Assembly (NCBI RefSeq): GCF_048593235.1
Contig: NC_133622.1
Location: 244,594,055 to 244,658,054 of the forward strand
Reading direction: 5' to 3'
DNA from: Sminthopsis crassicaudata
Lineage: Eukaryota
Length of the DNA: 64,000 nt
Positions 28,340 through 41,336 of the stretch are shown here, piece by piece. The notes below the pieces were generated by a model. The model was given only the letters and a program-made list of their open reading frames with translations, did no database searches and was not told where the DNA came from. The position numbers were made by a program, and so were the translations under genes. Each line of letters starts with the position of its first letter. Position 1 is the stretch's first letter.

Positions 28340-28368
28340 TGTGTGTATGTGTGTGTACGTGCATGTGT
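28290..28368 (+). repeat. (GT)n microsatellite
   Basis: Direct inspection. Confidence 0.97.
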
Positions 28369-28474
28369 CTGGGCATATAAGTGTGCTTTAAATAACTTAA
28401 ATGATAATTTTGCCTCAAAGTAAATGCTATTAATGATTGAGCCTCTACTTGGACTCATGAAGATGATTCTTAGT

Positions 28475-28612
28475 TCAGAGCTACTATCCCCCGGTTTCCT
28501 GCTAAGGTCATGAAGTAGATGAGGATGAAGATGATGAAGAGAAGACCTGAAGCTCTGGAACTTCTGTTAAACCTAGGAGGATAAACTCACTCACTTCAGA
28601 TCTGTTCTCCAT
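28475..28612 (-). pseudogene. OR5B pseudogene stub (N-terminus and TM1 only), sister of copy 3
   Basis: Reads [23 protein letters not shown] (22 of 23 residues identical to copy 3). A 1-nt deletion then gives FSSSSSSSSTS and a TGA at 28508-28510. Clear OR homology stops near 28475. Confidence 0.92.
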
Positions 28613-28655
28613 TGATGTTATTTGGAAGTGATATCATTCACCTGCAACAAAAGAG
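28596..28655 (-). other. Splice acceptor plus overlapping 13-codon uORF (pseudogene stub)
   Basis: ctcttttgttgcAG|gtgaATG; uORF 28637-28596. Confidence 0.65.
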
Positions 28656-30544
28656 CAAACATCTGAAAAAGCCACTTTATAGGATGAACAACTTAAGACA
28701 AAACAAGGTCAAAGACCTATCTGATGTGGGGACAGAAATAAGGAACGAAGTCACTGAAAGCATAAAGATAATTGTCAGTTGTCATTATAGTTACTTTAGG
28801 TTTCATGCCATTGATCCAGTTTCTCAAAGAAAGAGTCCCTCATGTGTTAATCCATGTTTTATTAACATTAAAAATGTTACTTAACATTTTTCAGACTGAC
28901 ATTTCCCACTTCAAGAAAAAATATAAAGAAAAACAAAACAGTTTTCTTACCTGATAAAAATCATATAAGATGGAGTGAAGGGTGGGGTGGGGCTATTGTT
29001 ATTTGGGCTTGGAAACCTAGATCTTTTCCTAGGAATATCCTTCAGTGATAGAGGAAAAGAAGAAAAAAGAAGGATATATAGATTTCATATAAGGAAAAAG
29101 ACCCAAAGTCTTTAGATTCTGAGATAGCTGTGAACTATTCAGAAGTGAGGATATATCTGAACAGACTGGGCTTAAGTTTCTAGAGAAGGGATAAATGCAA
29201 TGCTAAGAATACTTTTGCAAGCGTGAGCTTATGGTGTTTTAAGGTACATGAAATACTTTTACAGATCTTATTTGATCCTTTCAATAATCTATTGAGGTAG
29301 ATGATACCTATTTTACTTATGAGCAATCAAAAGTAAAAAAAAAAAAGTGACTTATTCAGCTTCACGCATCTACTAAGTACTTAAAATTGGAATTAAACTT
29401 AGGTCTTCCTGAACCCAAGCCTGTTGTTGAATCCACTGTGATGCCTCTGTTGTCTAGATCTAGGACCTCTGAGTATTATTATCAAATTCTGTAGAGGAAA
29501 AATCTGTCCAACCCAAAGAGAATAATAAGGTCTAATGTATTTGTTATCTCCATTAGAAGCAGCTTGTCCAATTGATAGAGCACAGGGGAAATATGGCAAT
29601 AATCCTAATGTCCCTTGATCTTACAGTGCTATTGTTCTAAGAATATGTCAATAATTATAAATTAAAATTATATAACTTTTTCCTAGCATGATTAATATAT
29701 AACCCATAGTCAAGAAAAAATAAATCATTAGACTTTTATTTAAAAAAATATTGGAGGAGGGGAAATCTCCATTTTTACATCTAATTCTGTATTTAATGCA
29801 CTTTCCTTTATTATTAGAAAAAAAAAACTACTGCAAAGAGAACACAGGCGACTTGTAATCAAGATTTAAATTATATTGTCCATGATATTCTTGAAGCATC
29901 TTGATAACAAGGACAAATGAAACAATTGTATGTAGACAAAGCCTATGGCATTCTGCTTGAGTTCTCCAAACTGGATAGTCTCAGGTCCAAATATAAAGTA
30001 TTTTTAGGTCAGCAAGGCAGACTAGGGAATTTTCTTTCTATTCAGAAATAAACAAGGGTTTGAGAGTATATTTGGAAAAGGATACTTGAGTAGGAATCAG
30101 AAGACTTGAGTTTTAATATTGATTGGATTGGCCACTAATTTGTGTCTGATGTCAGACAAGTACATTTATCATGCCAGGCCTCTGTCTTCTCATTTGGGAA
30201 ATGGGAATAATACATCTTAAAGTATGGAAGTTACAGGGCAACTGAGGGCAAAGTGTTTTCCAAACACAAAGTGTGAGAGACATGATTGAGTTTGGTTAGC
30301 AAAAACTAATTCATGAAAGAAAACAAATGTTGGGAGAAGCACAACAAGGTGGAACACAGATGGCAGAGGTCACATTAGACCATCAATAACTTGAGGAAAT
30401 GTGGTATAAGTAGAAAAGGCTGAAGTCAGAGAGATCTAGAGTTAAAATTTCTCTTTAGAAACTTAATAATGTGTATAATTGGACAAGTCACTTAACTCTC
30501 AGCTTCAACTTACATATTGGTATCATAATATTAAGAGTTCTTTT

Positions 30545-30991
30545 TTCTTTGTTAGTTTTTTTATTGAACTAAATATCAAAAAAGAAAAAAAACATAAAAA
30601 GAAAGAAAAAGAAAATAAATAAAACAAAACATTGTCATGTGCCCAACAGAACATCAAGGAAGATTCAAAATAGATAACAATGAATTATAAGAAAGCTTTT
30701 AGAATAATAGAAGATATTATATTCATGAATGTTCCTCTCTTTTGCTCTTTGCTGTGCATTTTTTATTTTATTCTTTTTTCCCCTTTTATGTCCCCAATTT
30801 CCCCAAACAGCACTGATATTATATATATATATGTATGTATATACATATATAGCTATATACTACATATGTGTATATGCAAACATGTGTGTATATATAGTCA
30901 CACCACCCCCCACACATATCTATGAACACACAACGCACACACACACACAACACGCACACAGCACACATATATAAATCTATCTATGAACACA

Positions 30992-31050
<59 letters not shown>

Positions 31051-31745
31051 TTATACATCTCCTTACATGGATATACATCTACATATACTCAGATACATCA
31101 CATTATATATAGATATCTCTCGCTACATAGATATAGATATACACATATGCATTTACTCATAGGAAACTTTCATCTGAAACAATTATAATATACTGCAGAT
31201 TTCTCTTTTTTGAATCTTTGTCTTTGTCTAAAATTAATGATTACTAGCCCTACTTTTTTCCTAATAAATTCTATTCCTGATCCTTCTTGTAATTTTTGTC
31301 TATATCTTTTATTACCCATCTCCATTAACTGTTAAACTTTAATTCTGCTCCTTAACTTGCCTTGTAATCTCCTCCCACCCACACATCCCTCCCATAACTT
31401 TTTCCCCCAATCATATCCTTTCATCTTTGTCTCATTCTCACTCATTTGCCCAACTTGATCCCGCTCCTGTTAAATCTAATCCCCCTTCTCTACACACATC
31501 ATCCTTTTTCCCTTGCTCATTAATCTATACACTTTATCCCACTGCCATGAATCCACCCATCTTTCTGTAGCCCACCTTATCTTATTCCCTCCTCTTCCTA
31601 ATTCTGTATAGATTTTGAAGGGTGCTATACCCTTTGGTGTATATATGTCTTTCCATTTTTTTCTAAAATAATTAAGCTCATTGTTTCTAATAGCCACAAT
31701 AGTATTTCATCACAATCATGTACTACAACTTGTTCAGGCAAGTTT
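30545..31745 (-). mobile_element. Old L1-derived segment interrupted by a microsatellite
   Basis: T-rich end, A-rich tract and pyrimidine-rich spacer-like sequence; paralog at 37975-39120, so it inserted before the duplication. Confidence 0.45.
30820..31150 (+). repeat. Compound (TA)/(CA) microsatellite
   Basis: Direct inspection; the paralogous tract is ~38255-38450. Confidence 0.9.
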
Positions 31746-32224
31746 TTTTTTATGTAGACCTTTTTGACTCCAGATACATGATTTTTTCTCATATACCATG
31801 CCGCTCTCTACATGAGCACCTTAGTCTTACATTATATTTCCCAGATCCTAACTAGCATGTAGATGTAGATGGATGGGACTGCAAAGGGGAGAGCTGGCCA
31901 AGCACCCTCATATGAGTAATTTGGGTCTGATATCCCTATATTTCTGTATAATTGACACTTGTCAAGAAAGTCTTCCCTAATCCCTGTGCAAAAAGGTATT
32001 CCTTTAAATTAGGAGACGTCATTGCTGCTACAAAGATGGAGGCAGAGACTTAGCCGTCTTCCTTCCTGCTCAGTCTCAGAAGGAACAATGGAAAGCAGAT
32101 GCATGAATGGCTCTAGGGACTGTTGTCTCCAGGTTGGTCCCATATCAGTGAGACCTAGTAGTCAAATAATGGGAAGTCCATAGTTGAAGTCCAATATAAA
32201 GCAGGATCTTGAGATCCTTGGAGC

Positions 32225-32360
32225 ACAATAACTCTTAAGAGACTATCCCTTAAAGACAACTGGCTGCTTTTCAACTACCCTATACATAAGATGCCATTAA
32301 ATTGTGCTCTGACCATAGGGATCAAACTTGAAACCTGTAAGAGACCATTTTCTTGTCTGT
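32225..32360 (-). promoter_or_regulatory. Diverged promoter-type module of the pseudogene stub
   Basis: GCCATTAAATTGTGCTCTGACCATAGGGA core retained; O/E-like sites degenerate (CTCTTAAGAG, TCCCTTAAAG); about 3.6 kb upstream. Confidence 0.5.
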
Positions 32361-33105
32361 TTTTTTTTTTTTTGGTTAATCTACCTCATTGTTTAGGGAA
32401 ACAGAAAGAACCCCTAACTTGGCAGTCAAGGCCTAATTTCTAGTCATTTTATTTTCTCCTTGAGAAGTCTGAAGAAGACAGTGACCTTTTCAAAGCTTTA
32501 ATCTTTTCACTTGTAAAATAAAGATAAAAATCACTCTATCATTGTATATGAAACATGTGGTGTAGAGAACAGAGCATTGCACTTCAGATAGATATGGAAT
32601 CCTTGTTTTGCCTCTTTTTAGTAAGTACCATATCCCTATGGAACAAATTGATTTGAATCAAACCACCAATGACATGGATAAATGTAGAGGTGTCAGGCTT
32701 CTTACAATTTCAGATGACTCGTATCTTTTAGATATTATTATTTTTTTCACGCGTTACAATTCCTATTCATAATGATATGTGAGGATTTAAACAGATAAAG
32801 CAGAAAGAACATGTTTGATATGTCCCTAAAGGGCCACCCCAAGCCAGATACCATAAATTCAAAGGAAAATCCTTTTAGGAAGGTGGAGGAGGGGGAAGCA
32901 AGCAGAATTAAGTGTCTTATCTATGGATATAAAACTAGTGAATGTCTAAGACTGGATTATAATTTCTGTCTTTATGAGTTCAGGACTGGTGGTATGTCCA
33001 CTGGGCAACTTTTCCAGGAGCATTCTGAGATCAAAAGAGAAAGGGAATCACAGAATCTCAGAGGCAGAGGGTTTCCAGTAACCATCAAATCTGTCTTTGT
33101 GTATA

Positions 33106-33108
<3 letters not shown>

Positions 33109-33162
<54 letters not shown>
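33109..33162 (+). repeat. (TG)n microsatellite
   Basis: Direct inspection. Confidence 0.97.
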
Positions 33163-33165
<3 letters not shown>

Positions 33166-34266
33166 TCTGTCTTGTTGCCTCATTATGACTGAATAGAGTT
33201 GTTCCTAAACAAATCATCTTAAATGTTCTTAGTAGAACTTATTCCTTAGTTTCTCCCACTGTGATCAAAATGAACCTCCCACTCTTATAAAATAATTCAA
33301 ATTGCTATATCTTGGCCAACCTTTATTCCACCTCAATCAAAAGAAATTAAATCAAAGGCTCAAAAGTTGTTAAAAAATAAAAACCAAAAAACCTCAAAGT
33401 ACTCACAAGAACCACTGTTGTTTTTTAAAAGTTGCCATACAGTAGCAGTGATTTAATCTCCAATGCCAAATGGCATCAAAAAGATAATTATATTTTGAAT
33501 GTCAGCACCTTCATTAGAATCATCAAAAATGCTTTAACTCATGACTTTATTTATTGTTTTGTTCATGGTATTCATTTGAGAAAGTGATAAAAAATAACAG
33601 ATTAATAAATTATTTAAAACCTAACAGATTAAATTTTAAAGTGTGTCATGTGTATGTATAAATAGAGAGATATTAACGTCTATCTATCTATATATCTACT
33701 TACACACACACATATGCATTTTTGAAGCCCTGATTCTTAAAAGTTTTTTCATCTCCCTCTCCATGGGGTGCCACCTTTCATATTTCCTCACAGGGAAACA
33801 ACTTAAGCTTGCACCACAAGTCACCCTGGTTCCATTTATTCTCTCTCTCTTTTTTTTTTGGTTTGGGGTTTTCTTGGTTATACTTCACACCGATCTCTCT
33901 GATTGTTGATAGAATTGTATTTTGGATTTTTTACATGAAAGAAGTTTCTATTTTTATTCCCCCATCTAAAAAAGTTACACACATACACATAGACACTGTA
34001 TAAATAATAAATATACAAAGTACTATATATATATTCATACAAACACAGACACACATGTATACATATATACCTATTTATATGCATATATACATATACATAC
34101 GTATCTATTCATAAATATGAAGATAGACAGATCTATAAACAGATTAGCTATTAAAAAATGAAAAAGAAAAAGGAAAAGGTTGCCTTCCACTTCTCAGAAC
34201 ATTCAGGTCTGGATCCCAGAGTGTGGAAGATACAGAATGGCTTTTCTCTCTATGAAAAAAGATGAT

Positions 34267-35193
34267 CTAATTGAACTTGTTGTCCCAGGCTTTTCTGAAA
34301 GCGATTTTGACTTCTTTGTTTCTAACACTATAGACCAGAGGGTTCAACATAGGGATGACCATGGTGTAGAATACTGATAGAATTTTGTCTGAGTCTAGTG
34401 AATGGTTTGCACTAGGCTGGAAATACATGAAGATGATTGTTCCATAAAATATAGACACTGCTGTGAGATGGGAAGCACAGGTAGAGAAGGCTTTCTGGTG
34501 GCCTTCAGTGGAATGGATCTTTAGGATGGTGATGAAGATTAACAAGTAAGAAGTAAAGATGACAAGAAATGGGACAAAGACAGTGAACAACCCTAAGATA
34601 TACAATTCTAATTCAGTGATGTGAGTATCAGAACAAGAGAGAACTAGGAGAGGGGAAACATCACAAAAAAAGTGATGGACAATGTTGGAGCCACAAAAGG
34701 AGAGGCTAAATATGACTCCTATGACTATGGAAGAGGCCAAAAAGCTACAGATATGGACACCACTGGCCAGAAATGCACATACTGCTGAAGTCATGGTAGT
34801 GGTATAATGTAAGGGCTTACACACAGCTGCGTGGCGATCATAGGCCATGCAGGCTAAGAAGAAACTTTCAGCACTTGCAAAAGCCCCAAAGAAGAACAGT
34901 TGTGCTACACATCCATTATAGGAGATGACCTTGTCCCCTGTGAGGAGCCCAGCCATCACCTTGGCGGTAACAGCAGAGGAGTAGCCAAAATCCACCAGAG
35001 AGAGGTTACTGAGGAAGAAGTACATGGGGGTGTGGAGGCGAGGATCCCAGGAGATCAGAGCTATCATTCCCAGGTTCCCTACCAGGGTGATGAGGTAGAT
35101 GAAGGTGAACATGATGAAGAGAGGAACCTGAAGTTCCGGAACTTCTGTTAATCCTAAGAGGATGAACTCACTCACTTCAGATCTGTTCCCCAT
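34267..35193 (-). CDS. OR5B: Olfactory receptor, OR5B subfamily (copy 3), 308 aa
   Basis: Intact 7TM ORF with [38 protein letters not shown] and [12 protein letters not shown]. The tail is shortened by a 4-nt deletion after helix 8. Confidence 0.95.
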   Translation of the reverse strand: MGNRSEVSEFILLGLTEVPELQVPLFIMFTFIYLITLVGNLGMIALISWDPRLHTPMYFFLSNLSLVDFGYSSAVTAKVMAGLLTGDKVISYNGCVAQLFFFGAFASAESFFLACMAYDRHAAVCKPLHYTTTMTSAVCAFLASGVHICSFLASSIVIGVIFSLSFCGSNIVHHFFCDVSPLLVLSCSDTHITELELYILGLFTVFVPFLVIFTSYLLIFITILKIHSTEGHQKAFSTCASHLTAVSIFYGTIIFMYFQPSANHSLDSDKILSVFYTMVIPMLNPLVYSVRNKEVKIAFRKAWDNKFN

Positions 35194-35236
35194 TGATGTC
35201 CTTTGGGAGTGATGTCATTCACCTGCAACAAAAGAG
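35177..35236 (-). other. Coding-exon splice acceptor plus overlapping 13-codon uORF (copy 3)
   Basis: ctcttttgttgcAG|gtgaATG; uORF 35218-35177. Confidence 0.7.
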
Positions 35237-36495
35237 CAATCGTCAGAGAAAGCCACTCTACAGCATGAAAGACTCCAGACAAAACATGGTCAGAGACCTA
35301 TCTTATGTATGAAGTAAGGAACTAAGGGACTGAACGTATAAAGGTAGTGGTCATTTGTCATTGCATTTACTTCAGGTTTTTGAAAGTCCTTAATCCAGTT
35401 TCTCAAAGAGTGAAAGAGTCCCTCATGTATTAATTCCTCCCATTTTCTAAATGTGAAATTCTTCAAAGCGACATTTCTCATTCCAAGAAAACACAAACAG
35501 AACAGCCTTCTTATTTGGCAGAAATTATTATGAGATAGAGTGGAAGTGTGGGGCTGTTGTTGCTTTAGCTTGGAAAGCTAGATCTTTTCACAGGAATACC
35601 CTTCAGTGGTTAAGAGAGGAAAGGAAGAAAGAAGAGGGAGATGTAGATTTCATCTAGGAAAAAAGATCCCAAATCTTTAGGTTCTGAGCTACCTGTGAAC
35701 TCTTCAAATCTGGAGTATCTGGAGCTACTGGATTTTACCCACTTTGAGGTTTCTGCAGAAGGATTGGTTGGGCAATTACTGGCTATGCAGTACCAAAAAT
35801 TCTTTTGCAAGTGTGGGTTTAATGATAATACCTCAATAGCATTTACATGGCGTCAAGGGATATGCAACACTTTTATATAGATCTTATTTGAGCCTTTCAA
35901 TAATTCATTGAGTTACATTATCCCCATTTTACCTATGGGGAACATGAGGCAAAAGAAAAAAAAAGTTTAATTACTTATTCCGGGGTCGCATGGCTAATAA
36001 GTATCTAAAATTGGAATTAAACAGGTCTTCTTGAATGCAAGTCTCTTGTTCAATCCATTTTGCTGTCTTTGCTGTCTAGGTCTAGGACTTCTGGATGCTA
36101 GTATCAAATATTTATAGACAATTGATTGGAAAGTCTGCACAACCCAAAATGATAATAAAATGTAATACATTTGTTATTCCCATTAGAGGTATACAATATG
36201 CAGCCCGGAGGCAGCTGGTCTAATCAGATCACCATATAATTGGACAATATTTAATGAAATAAATATAAATATAGTATGTTATATTTTTATGTAGGTAATA
36301 AGGTAATATATCAAGGGTGTCAATTTTCAGTTGCTCTTGAGACAACTCATCTACCCTAATGGAAAGAGCAGCCAGACCAACAAGAGAATGAAAACAAAAA
36401 TACTGGAATGTTTAAAAACAGTTCTTTCTCATTTCATGGGAATAGATGAATCTTGGCCATGCTCCTTTCTTGTATGTCTATGGAGAAGCCCCTTC

Positions 36496-36944
36496 TGTAA
36501 TATTCTTCTCTAAAATGTAATGTTCTCTTGTTGGGGTTTTCTTGGGGTCTCTGGAAGCAGTCTTGTTTCAGTTCAGTAATCACCCTAAATGAAGCCAAGT
36601 GTTAAGGACCAAATCCTTTATTGTCTCTTTCCAAGTTTTGTCTCCTTTCCTGCAGCTCAGTTCGCTTTCTTGTAGAGCAGATCCTATATTATCTCTTTCC
36701 TGGAGATGAGCAGCTTTCTGGAGATTCTTTTAGTCTGGGCTTGGTTCCCAGAGCTCCCGCCTGCCTTCTCTGGCTTCTGAATCTCCCCGACTAAATCCTG
36801 GCTGAGGCTCCGAGAGCTTCTAGTGGGCTGTACACTGTATATGCTGTACACTGAGTATACACCAATCCTTATGTCACTAGGAAACCATTATTTGTTGTAG
36901 GATTAAATCAATGCTAAACTAGATTTAACCATTATATGAAGACA
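36496..36944. mobile_element. Solo-LTR-like insertion (~450 bp)
   Basis: TG...CA ends, GC-richer, contains TTTATT; absent from the paralogous stub unit; no clean TSD seen. Confidence 0.55.
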
Positions 36945-37974
36945 GATATACCTATAGATATACATAAATATTTTTGTTCATACACATATATTTGTATGTA
37001 TATATATATATATGTTTATGTGTATAAATGTATGTGATATATTTATGTAAAGACATCACACATATACACTGTAAAATGTATATACATATATGTGCATATA
37101 TATGGCAACTTTTTTGTAATGACAAATATACAGTACATAGGCAAGGATAAAATAATTCTTTAAAACTTTTATTTGAGAAAATATTGGAGGAGGGAAAAAC
37201 TTCATTTTTACATCTAATTCTGCATTTAATCAAGTTTTTTCTTTTAATAGTAAAAATCTAGTGTAAAGCAAACCCACAAAACTTGTAATAAAGATTTAAA
37301 TATTGGTCATGTACATGGTATTCTTGAGCCATCTTGATAACTGGTACTAATGAAACAATTACATGTACACAAATCCAATGGCATTGTGCTTGAGGTTCTC
37401 CAGACTGGAAGGCTTCAGGTCTCCATATCTAAAGTCTTTTTAGGTCAACAGAGCAGACAAAGTATTTTAATTTCTACTCATGAATTCACAAGGGTCTGAG
37501 AGTATATTTAGAAAAGAATACTTGAGTAGGAATCAGAAGAGTTTTAATATTGACTGGATTGGTCACTAATTTGTGTCTGATTTCTGAGAAGTACATTTAT
37601 AATGCTGAGTCTGCATCTTCTCATTTGGAAAATGAGAATATCACATCTTAAGGTACAGAAGTTACAGGGCAACTGTGGGGAAAGTGTTTGCCAAACACAA
37701 AGGGTGACAGACATGACCAAGTTTGGTTAGCAAAAACTAATGCATTAATACATGATAATTTATGAAAGAAAACAAACAACATGGAATACAGAAGCTAGAG
37801 GTCACATTAGACCATTTGCACCTTGAGAGAATGTGGTATAGTACAAAAGATCTTAGAGTCAGGAATATCTAGATTTAAATTTTTCCTCAGACATATAATA
37901 ATTGTGCATTACTGGACAACTCCCTTAACTCTCTCAGCCTCAATTTACTTATCAATATCATAAAATAGCATTTC

Positions 37975-38366
37975 TTTACTTTTTTTATTATTTTTATTGA
38001 ACTAAATATAAACTAAGAAGAAAGAAAAAAAGAAAATAAAAAAATAAAAAACTAAACATTGTCATGTGCTCAATAGAACATTAGGGAGGATTCAAAATAT
38101 ATAATGATAAATTTCCATTACAAGAAAGCATACAGAATAATAGAAGAGATTATATTCATGAATGTTCCTCTCTTTTGTTTACTGTGCTCTTTTTACTTTA
38201 TTCTCTTTTCCCCTTTTATTCCACACTATATCCCCAAAGAGGCTACAGTTAAGAACAGATATACATATATACCTATATACATACCTCTACATACATACAT
38301 GTATATGCATATATGTCACCCCACATATACATATTCATACATGGATATAAATCCGCATATAATCAG

Positions 38367-38403
<37 letters not shown>

Positions 38404-39120
38404 CGTATGTATGTACACACACATACATACATACGTATGTATATATATATTCAGATGTAAACACGCATCTGAAAAAATATTAATATGGGTGACATAATGT
38501 AGATTTCTCTTTCTTTGCATTTTTAAGTTTGACTTCCTCTAAAATTAATTATTACTAACCCTATTTTTCTAATACATTTGATTCCCAATCCTTATTATAG
38601 TATTTGTGTATATCTCTTATTACCTATATCTGATAATTTTTCTATTTTAATTTTGCTCCTTAACTTGTCTTGCCTTACTTACTACCACCATGAATACCTC
38701 CCTTAACTTCCCCACCCTGATTTCCAACCTTCTTTGTCCCATTTCCATTAATTAATCCAATTTTATCCCACTCCTGTTAAACTAAACACCCTTCTCTATC
38801 CTAGCTTATCTTTTATCCCTAGCCCATTAATCTATATATCTTGTTCAACTGCCATAGATTTGCACATCCTTCTTCACTTTATAGATTTTAAANNNNNNNN
38901 NNNNNNNNNNNNNNNNNNNNNNNNNNNNNNNNNNNNNNNNNNNNNNNNNNNNNNNNNNNNNNNNNNNNNNNNNNNNNNNNNNNNNNNNNNNNNNNNNNNN
39001 NNNNNNNNNNNNNNNNNNNNNNNNNNNNNNNNNNNNNNNNAAGACTATTGGGCTCACTGTTTTTTATAGGCAAAATAGTATTCCACCATAATCATATAAC
39101 ATGACTTGTTCAGGCAAATT
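37975..39120 (-). mobile_element. Old L1-derived segment (paralog of 30545-31745; contains a gap)
   Basis: Colinear similarity with 30545-31745. Confidence 0.45.
38893..39040. other. Assembly gap (148 N)
   Basis: N run. Confidence 1.
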
Positions 39121-39579
39121 TTTTATCTAGATCTTTCTGACTCCAGATCAGTCACTTTTCCCAGTTTGCCACGCTGCTTTCTACATGAACATCTTAACCT
39201 AATATTTCTCAGAACCTACCTAGCATGAGGATGTAGGTGGATGGGACTCCAAAGGTTGAGAGTTGGCCAAGCACCTTCACATGAATATCATTGGTTTGAA
39301 GTCCCAACCTTCCCATATACTTGATGCTTTTAAAGAAACTCTTCACTAGTCCTTATTGTTATGGATTTCTTCAAAAAGGAGAGGTATTGCAAGGATGGAA
39401 GCAGAGTTAGTGACCTTGCTTCCTGCTCTGTCTCAGAAGGAACAAAGGAAAGCAGATGTATGAATGACTCTAGGGATTGCTGTCTCCAGGTTGGTTCCAT
39501 GTCAGTGAGACCTAGTAGTCAAATAATGGGAAGTCAATGGCTGAAAGCCTAAACTGAGAGGATCCTTAGATCATTGGAA

Positions 39580-39720
39580 CACAATAACTCTTAAGAGACT
39601 ATTTTTCCTTAGAGACAACTGGCTGTTTTATAGTCACCATATACAGATGGTGCCATTAACGTTCCTCTGACCATAGGGATCAAACTTGAATCCTACAGGA
39701 GACCATTTTCTTGTCTGTGT
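39580..39720 (-). promoter_or_regulatory. Diverged promoter-type module of OR copy 3
   Basis: Paralog of 32225-32360 with GCCATTAACGTT and CTCTGACCATAGGGA; about 4.4 kb upstream. Confidence 0.5.
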
Positions 39721-41132
39721 TCCTTTATTAATCTATCTCATTGTTAGGGGAAAAACAAAGAACCCGAGTTGGAAGTCAAGTCTTAATTTCTAATCATTTT
39801 ATTTTCTCCTTGGGAAGCCTGAGGAAAGACATTGAACTTTTCAAAGTTTTAGTCTATTCACCTGTAAAATAAGGATAAAAGTTGCAGTTCTGTATATCTT
39901 GAGGGAATGTTGTAAGGATCACTGTGTCATTGTATATGAAACACATATGTAGTGTGGTGTAGGGAATTTTTGGGAGAGTGAATCCAGCATTATTGCCTCT
40001 GCTTCTGGCACCATGGGTAGGCCATCTCCTTTTTTATCTCTAGGTCCCCCTTAAAGAAGTAATTTGGTATAGCCTGCCTCAAGAAATATGAGCTTAGTGA
40101 GCAGCTAGGAACTATAGACTCCAACTTGGACAACCTATAGACTATGCTAATCACTCATGGCTTCAATGGAAATAGAACAGTCCTATTAGACTTCTTTAGG
40201 TCCTTAATGTCTGTCACTGATATTAGCCTTTCTCACCTGGCCGGTATCCAGGACTTCCTCTCCTCCCAGGAGTCACCCAGGAGATGTTGCAGACTCTTGG
40301 AATCAACTGGTATAGTATAACCAAGTCCTTGATCCTGATAGATTCCAGGACATTGGCTACCATGGGGATTGACCTGCCCATCGTTTTCTGAAAAAGGGGC
40401 TTTGTTCTCATAGGGGAATGACTATAGTGATGACTCCACCATCACCCTGCAGTCTGGCTCTGAGCCCAGCAAGGTCAAGAATCCTGCCATTTTCCAAGGG
40501 CTTCTCCCTCTGAGAAGAGGAGAGGAATGATCCAATCATCAGGATATGCTTCTCTTCCTTGGCAACCTTCCTGAAAATGGAAGAGGGGCACTGTCCCTTT
40601 GTGTTTATGCTCAAAGAAGTTTCCAGAAATCTCATTTGGGAAATCCCTCTTGTGGAGGGAAAGTGGCAAAAGTTGAGATCCAGGATATAATGAGGTGGCC
40701 ATTCATCTGAGCAAGGACAGGATATGCCCAAGGAAATTTTCCAGACAGAGCTTGGTATAATGCAAGAGCCCCAGGTGAGCAGAGGTCAACAGCAGAAAGG
40801 AACCCACTCTTAACACCAGGAATGCCATGGGATGGGAGCCTGCCTGCCACCATTCCCATTTTTCTAGATTTCCACAGGGCTGCATATTAAGCTTGCACCA
40901 CCACCCATGCTAATTCCATATGTTTTCCTATTGGTTGGTTTTGATCCCTCTGATTATTCATAGAATTATATTTTGGAATTTTTACATGAAAGAAGTTTTT
41001 ACTTCTCTTTCCCCATAAAGAGAAGGTACATGTATATACACACACACACACAGAGTACATAAATATATAGAATTATATATTTATATTATATTCACAGATA
41101 CACAGACTAACCTGCACACATATATACATACA

Positions 41133-41136
<4 letters not shown>

Positions 41137-41183
<47 letters not shown>
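41137..41183 (+). repeat. (TA)n microsatellite
   Basis: Direct inspection. Confidence 0.95.
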
Positions 41184-41186
<3 letters not shown>

Positions 41187-41336
41187 TACACACATACATA
41201 CATTAAAATATATGAAAATAGATCTATAAAGAGATCAAATAAAAAAGAAAAAGTAAAAGTTTGGATTCTACTCTGTATATAAGAAAAATTACTCAGTTTT
41301 GTGTCTGGCAAAATAGGAAGGTATTGATTGTATTTT

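Larger units (their letters stand above)
28475..32520 (+). repeat. Segmental duplication: stub unit (paralog ~35055-39880)
   Basis: Colinear intron, MIRs, old L1 and promoter module. Confidence 0.88.

Noticed and set aside
28456-28468. 13-nt match (CATGAAGATGATT) to TM6 of copy 3 (34426-34438), hinting that the stub is an internal deletion
   Set aside because: The flanking similarity is far weaker than in the 5' stub, which does not fit a single deletion. It may be chance; a formal alignment would decide.
17679-39073. ORFs with X runs or HT/CV/YI repeats (e.g. 17679, 19166, 21488, 28178, 30922, 32811, 38104, 38845)
   Set aside because: They are produced by assembly gaps and dinucleotide microsatellites.
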